NCBI GenBank assembly: GCA_043228905.1
Contig: JBHGNT010000013.1
Span: 10,230,001 to 10,294,000, forward strand
From: Azolla caroliniana
Taxonomy: Eukaryota > Plantae > Polypodiophyta
Length of the DNA stretch: 64,000 nt
Reading direction: 5' to 3'
The translations under genes were made by a program, and so were the position numbers. Positions 61,981 through 64,000 of the stretch are shown here, in pieces (the first letter of the stretch is position 1; each line of letters starts with the position of its first letter). Under the pieces are notes generated by a model. That model did not search any database. It worked only from the letters and a program-made list of their open reading frames with translations, and was not told the origin of the DNA.

Positions 61981-62904
61981 CTTCTTCTTTTTTCAAAAAG
62001 ATTTCCTTCATTAGTATTAAGAAAAGCATTGAAGGGATACAAAAATGTAAAAACAGAGAGTATTATATACAAAAGAAATGGTTAGGGCAAGGACCATGGG
62101 TGATGATATTTCCATAACGGTCATTGAGAAGAGATTGAGAACAAAGGCAACTTCCTCCATAATTGCAGTAATTTTTTTCTTTTTCTTCAGAACAACCTCT
62201 GAAGAGCTTGGCATATTGTTATATTGCCCCAACACAACCGTCAACAAGCTCCCCCAAAATTCCGGCAATATATCTGAGAGAAGAGGAATTATGGACTCAT
62301 GTCGTCTTTTAAAACGATACTTCCATAATATACATAATGTAAATGTAGATATGATTTTCCATACATGGGTTGCACGCATTTGTTTGCGAGGTTGTTGAAA
62401 AGGGGAGACTGGAATGGAGAACCTCCCATACTGCTGATCGCCAAGAGAAGAGGCAACCCGCATTAATTGTCAGGAATAAAGAGAGAACTTTATTCCATAC
62501 TTGTTGGGCTAGTGAGCATGACCAAAGAGCATGCTTGGTAGTTTCTTGCATGTCACCACAATAACAACATTGTCTAAGACTAGTTTCCACATCTCATTTC
62601 AATGACTGACCTACTAGTAGTGTTGCATGTAGTAAAAGCCATCTAAAGAGATTATATTTGGTTGGTCCCTTGAAAAGACCAAATCCATTTCCAATATGCT
62701 TTCAAATGAATGCTTGAAACACCCCACTTATTCCAGTGCTTTTGAGTTGAAGGAGTTGGAATATTCTTAGACATGAGTAAGGTTCTGCAAAATTTCACAT
62801 GGGGGTTGCCATTCCAATATTGTTTGGACTTTTGTTGGGTCCATGAAAATACCCTTGGATGAAATAGTGTATCCCAAAAATTTGACTTGTTTGAAGTCAA
62901 AACT
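61981..62904 (-). mobile_element. L1-type LINE 3' fragment (zf-RVT-like zinc-binding region and A-rich tail)
   Basis: WKWIWS..., CCYCGDMQETTKHALWSCSLAQQVW; A-rich end at about 61981-62000 on the minus strand. Confidence 0.7.
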
Positions 62905-63790
62905 TCATTTCTCAAGTTTGGCATAAAGACCATACTTTCTTAGGCGTTCAAGTACTTTCCGCACATGTATATCACACTCCTCCTGTGTTTTAGAGTAAAT
63001 CAATAGATCATCTAGGTAGATGATGAGAAAGATATCCAAGAAATCCCGGAAAATATCATTTTCCATATGTTGAAATACTACGGGTGCATTTGTTAGCCCG
63101 AAAGGCATGACTGTATACTCGAAATGACCATACTGAGTACAAAATGCAGTTTCCACTCATCTCTCGGTTGAATTTGAACAAGATTATATGCACCCCTTAG
63201 ATCAATTTTGGTAAAATGCTTTGCCCCACCAATGCGCTCTAAAAGACCAGAGATTAAAGGTAAAGCATTCCTACTCCTTATGGTGACTTTATTTAAGCTT
63301 TGATAGTCCACGACCAAATGAAGGGAGCCGTCCTTTTTCTTCACAAAAAAGATAGGAGCAGTAGCTGGAGACTTTGAATGTCGAATAAACCCATGTACAA
63401 GATTCTCCTCGATGTATTCTCGAAGAACCTCAAGCTCAGTTGGTGAAAAATTGTAAATTGGACCCCATAGTGGTTCTTTTCCTGGTTGGAGGTCAATAGG
63501 ACAGTCATACGACTGATACTTTGGAAGAACACTAACTTTGACTTTGTCGAAAACATCAACATAGTCTTGATATTTTTTGGGAATTTCGATGTCTGAATTC
63601 CCTTGAGTGGCACTAGAAGGTGTCACTGATACTGCACATAAGAAAAGGTCCTCCTTGCCTCCCACTTGGCACAATTGTTGCAATGTGATGGTTGAAATTT
63701 GATGAAAAGGAGATGGTGCATTGGTAGAATCATATTCTTTAAGAGAATAATCCTGAGTTCAATCCTTGGCAATGATATTTTCTTCTGAAG
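62905..63790 (-). mobile_element. Tcn1-like Gypsy RT fragment (same lineage as 22312-31520)
   Basis: [66 protein letters not shown]. Confidence 0.88.
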
Positions 63791-63840
63791 GGCACTAAAT
63801 TTCTCACTTCCTCCAATTGATTCTGGGGTTATGTAGCTTG

Positions 63841-64000
63841 TGTTAGGAATCGACGCTTTCAAAACCTTCACCTCTCGGCCACAACTGAGGAAACACGAAT
63901 CAATGCAGCAGAAAATCGAAAACACAGAGATAGACTCGAATGCACAGGGTTTAGCGTGGAAAACCCTAGACGGGAAAAACCACAGGAGTGCAAGACTCCA
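63841..64000 (-). mobile_element. 3' end (U5) of a Copia-type LTR running off the window
   Basis: Starts TG at 63841; GCGTGGAAAACCCT..GGGAAAAACCAC is the reverse complement of the motif in the other Copia LTRs. Confidence 0.65.

Overview
Eukaryotic land-plant nuclear DNA (element types suggest a non-seed plant such as a fern; this is inference). About 1-44 kb is a nest of LTR retrotransposons. Three elements are complete, with LTR pairs and target-site duplications (TSDs): Copia 9998-15521 (TSD ATACA), Copia 38422-43933 (TSD TTATC) and a very young, internally deleted Gypsy 26548-31498 (TSD ATATT). Around them lie several decayed or rearranged Copia/Gypsy copies, solo LTRs and a TACA-type low-complexity tract. 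One intact host gene lies on the minus strand: an approximately 17-exon type-A DnaJ, mitochondrial GFA2-like, at 56089->48258. The right end holds a solo LTR, LINE relics, an intronless beta-tubulin pseudogene and Gypsy/Copia fragments. The most unusual observations are: (1) the young Gypsy has tRNA-primer-like TGGCACGC sites facing outward at both inner LTR edges, no polypurine tract, and ORFs apparently antisense to its LTR promoter; (2) antisense tRNA-like A-box/B-box modules sit inside the U3 of three apparently unrelated LTRs; (3) a Tf1-style self-priming signature is present in a Tcn1-like chromovirus. All coordinates and comparisons were read by eye; no searches or alignments were run.
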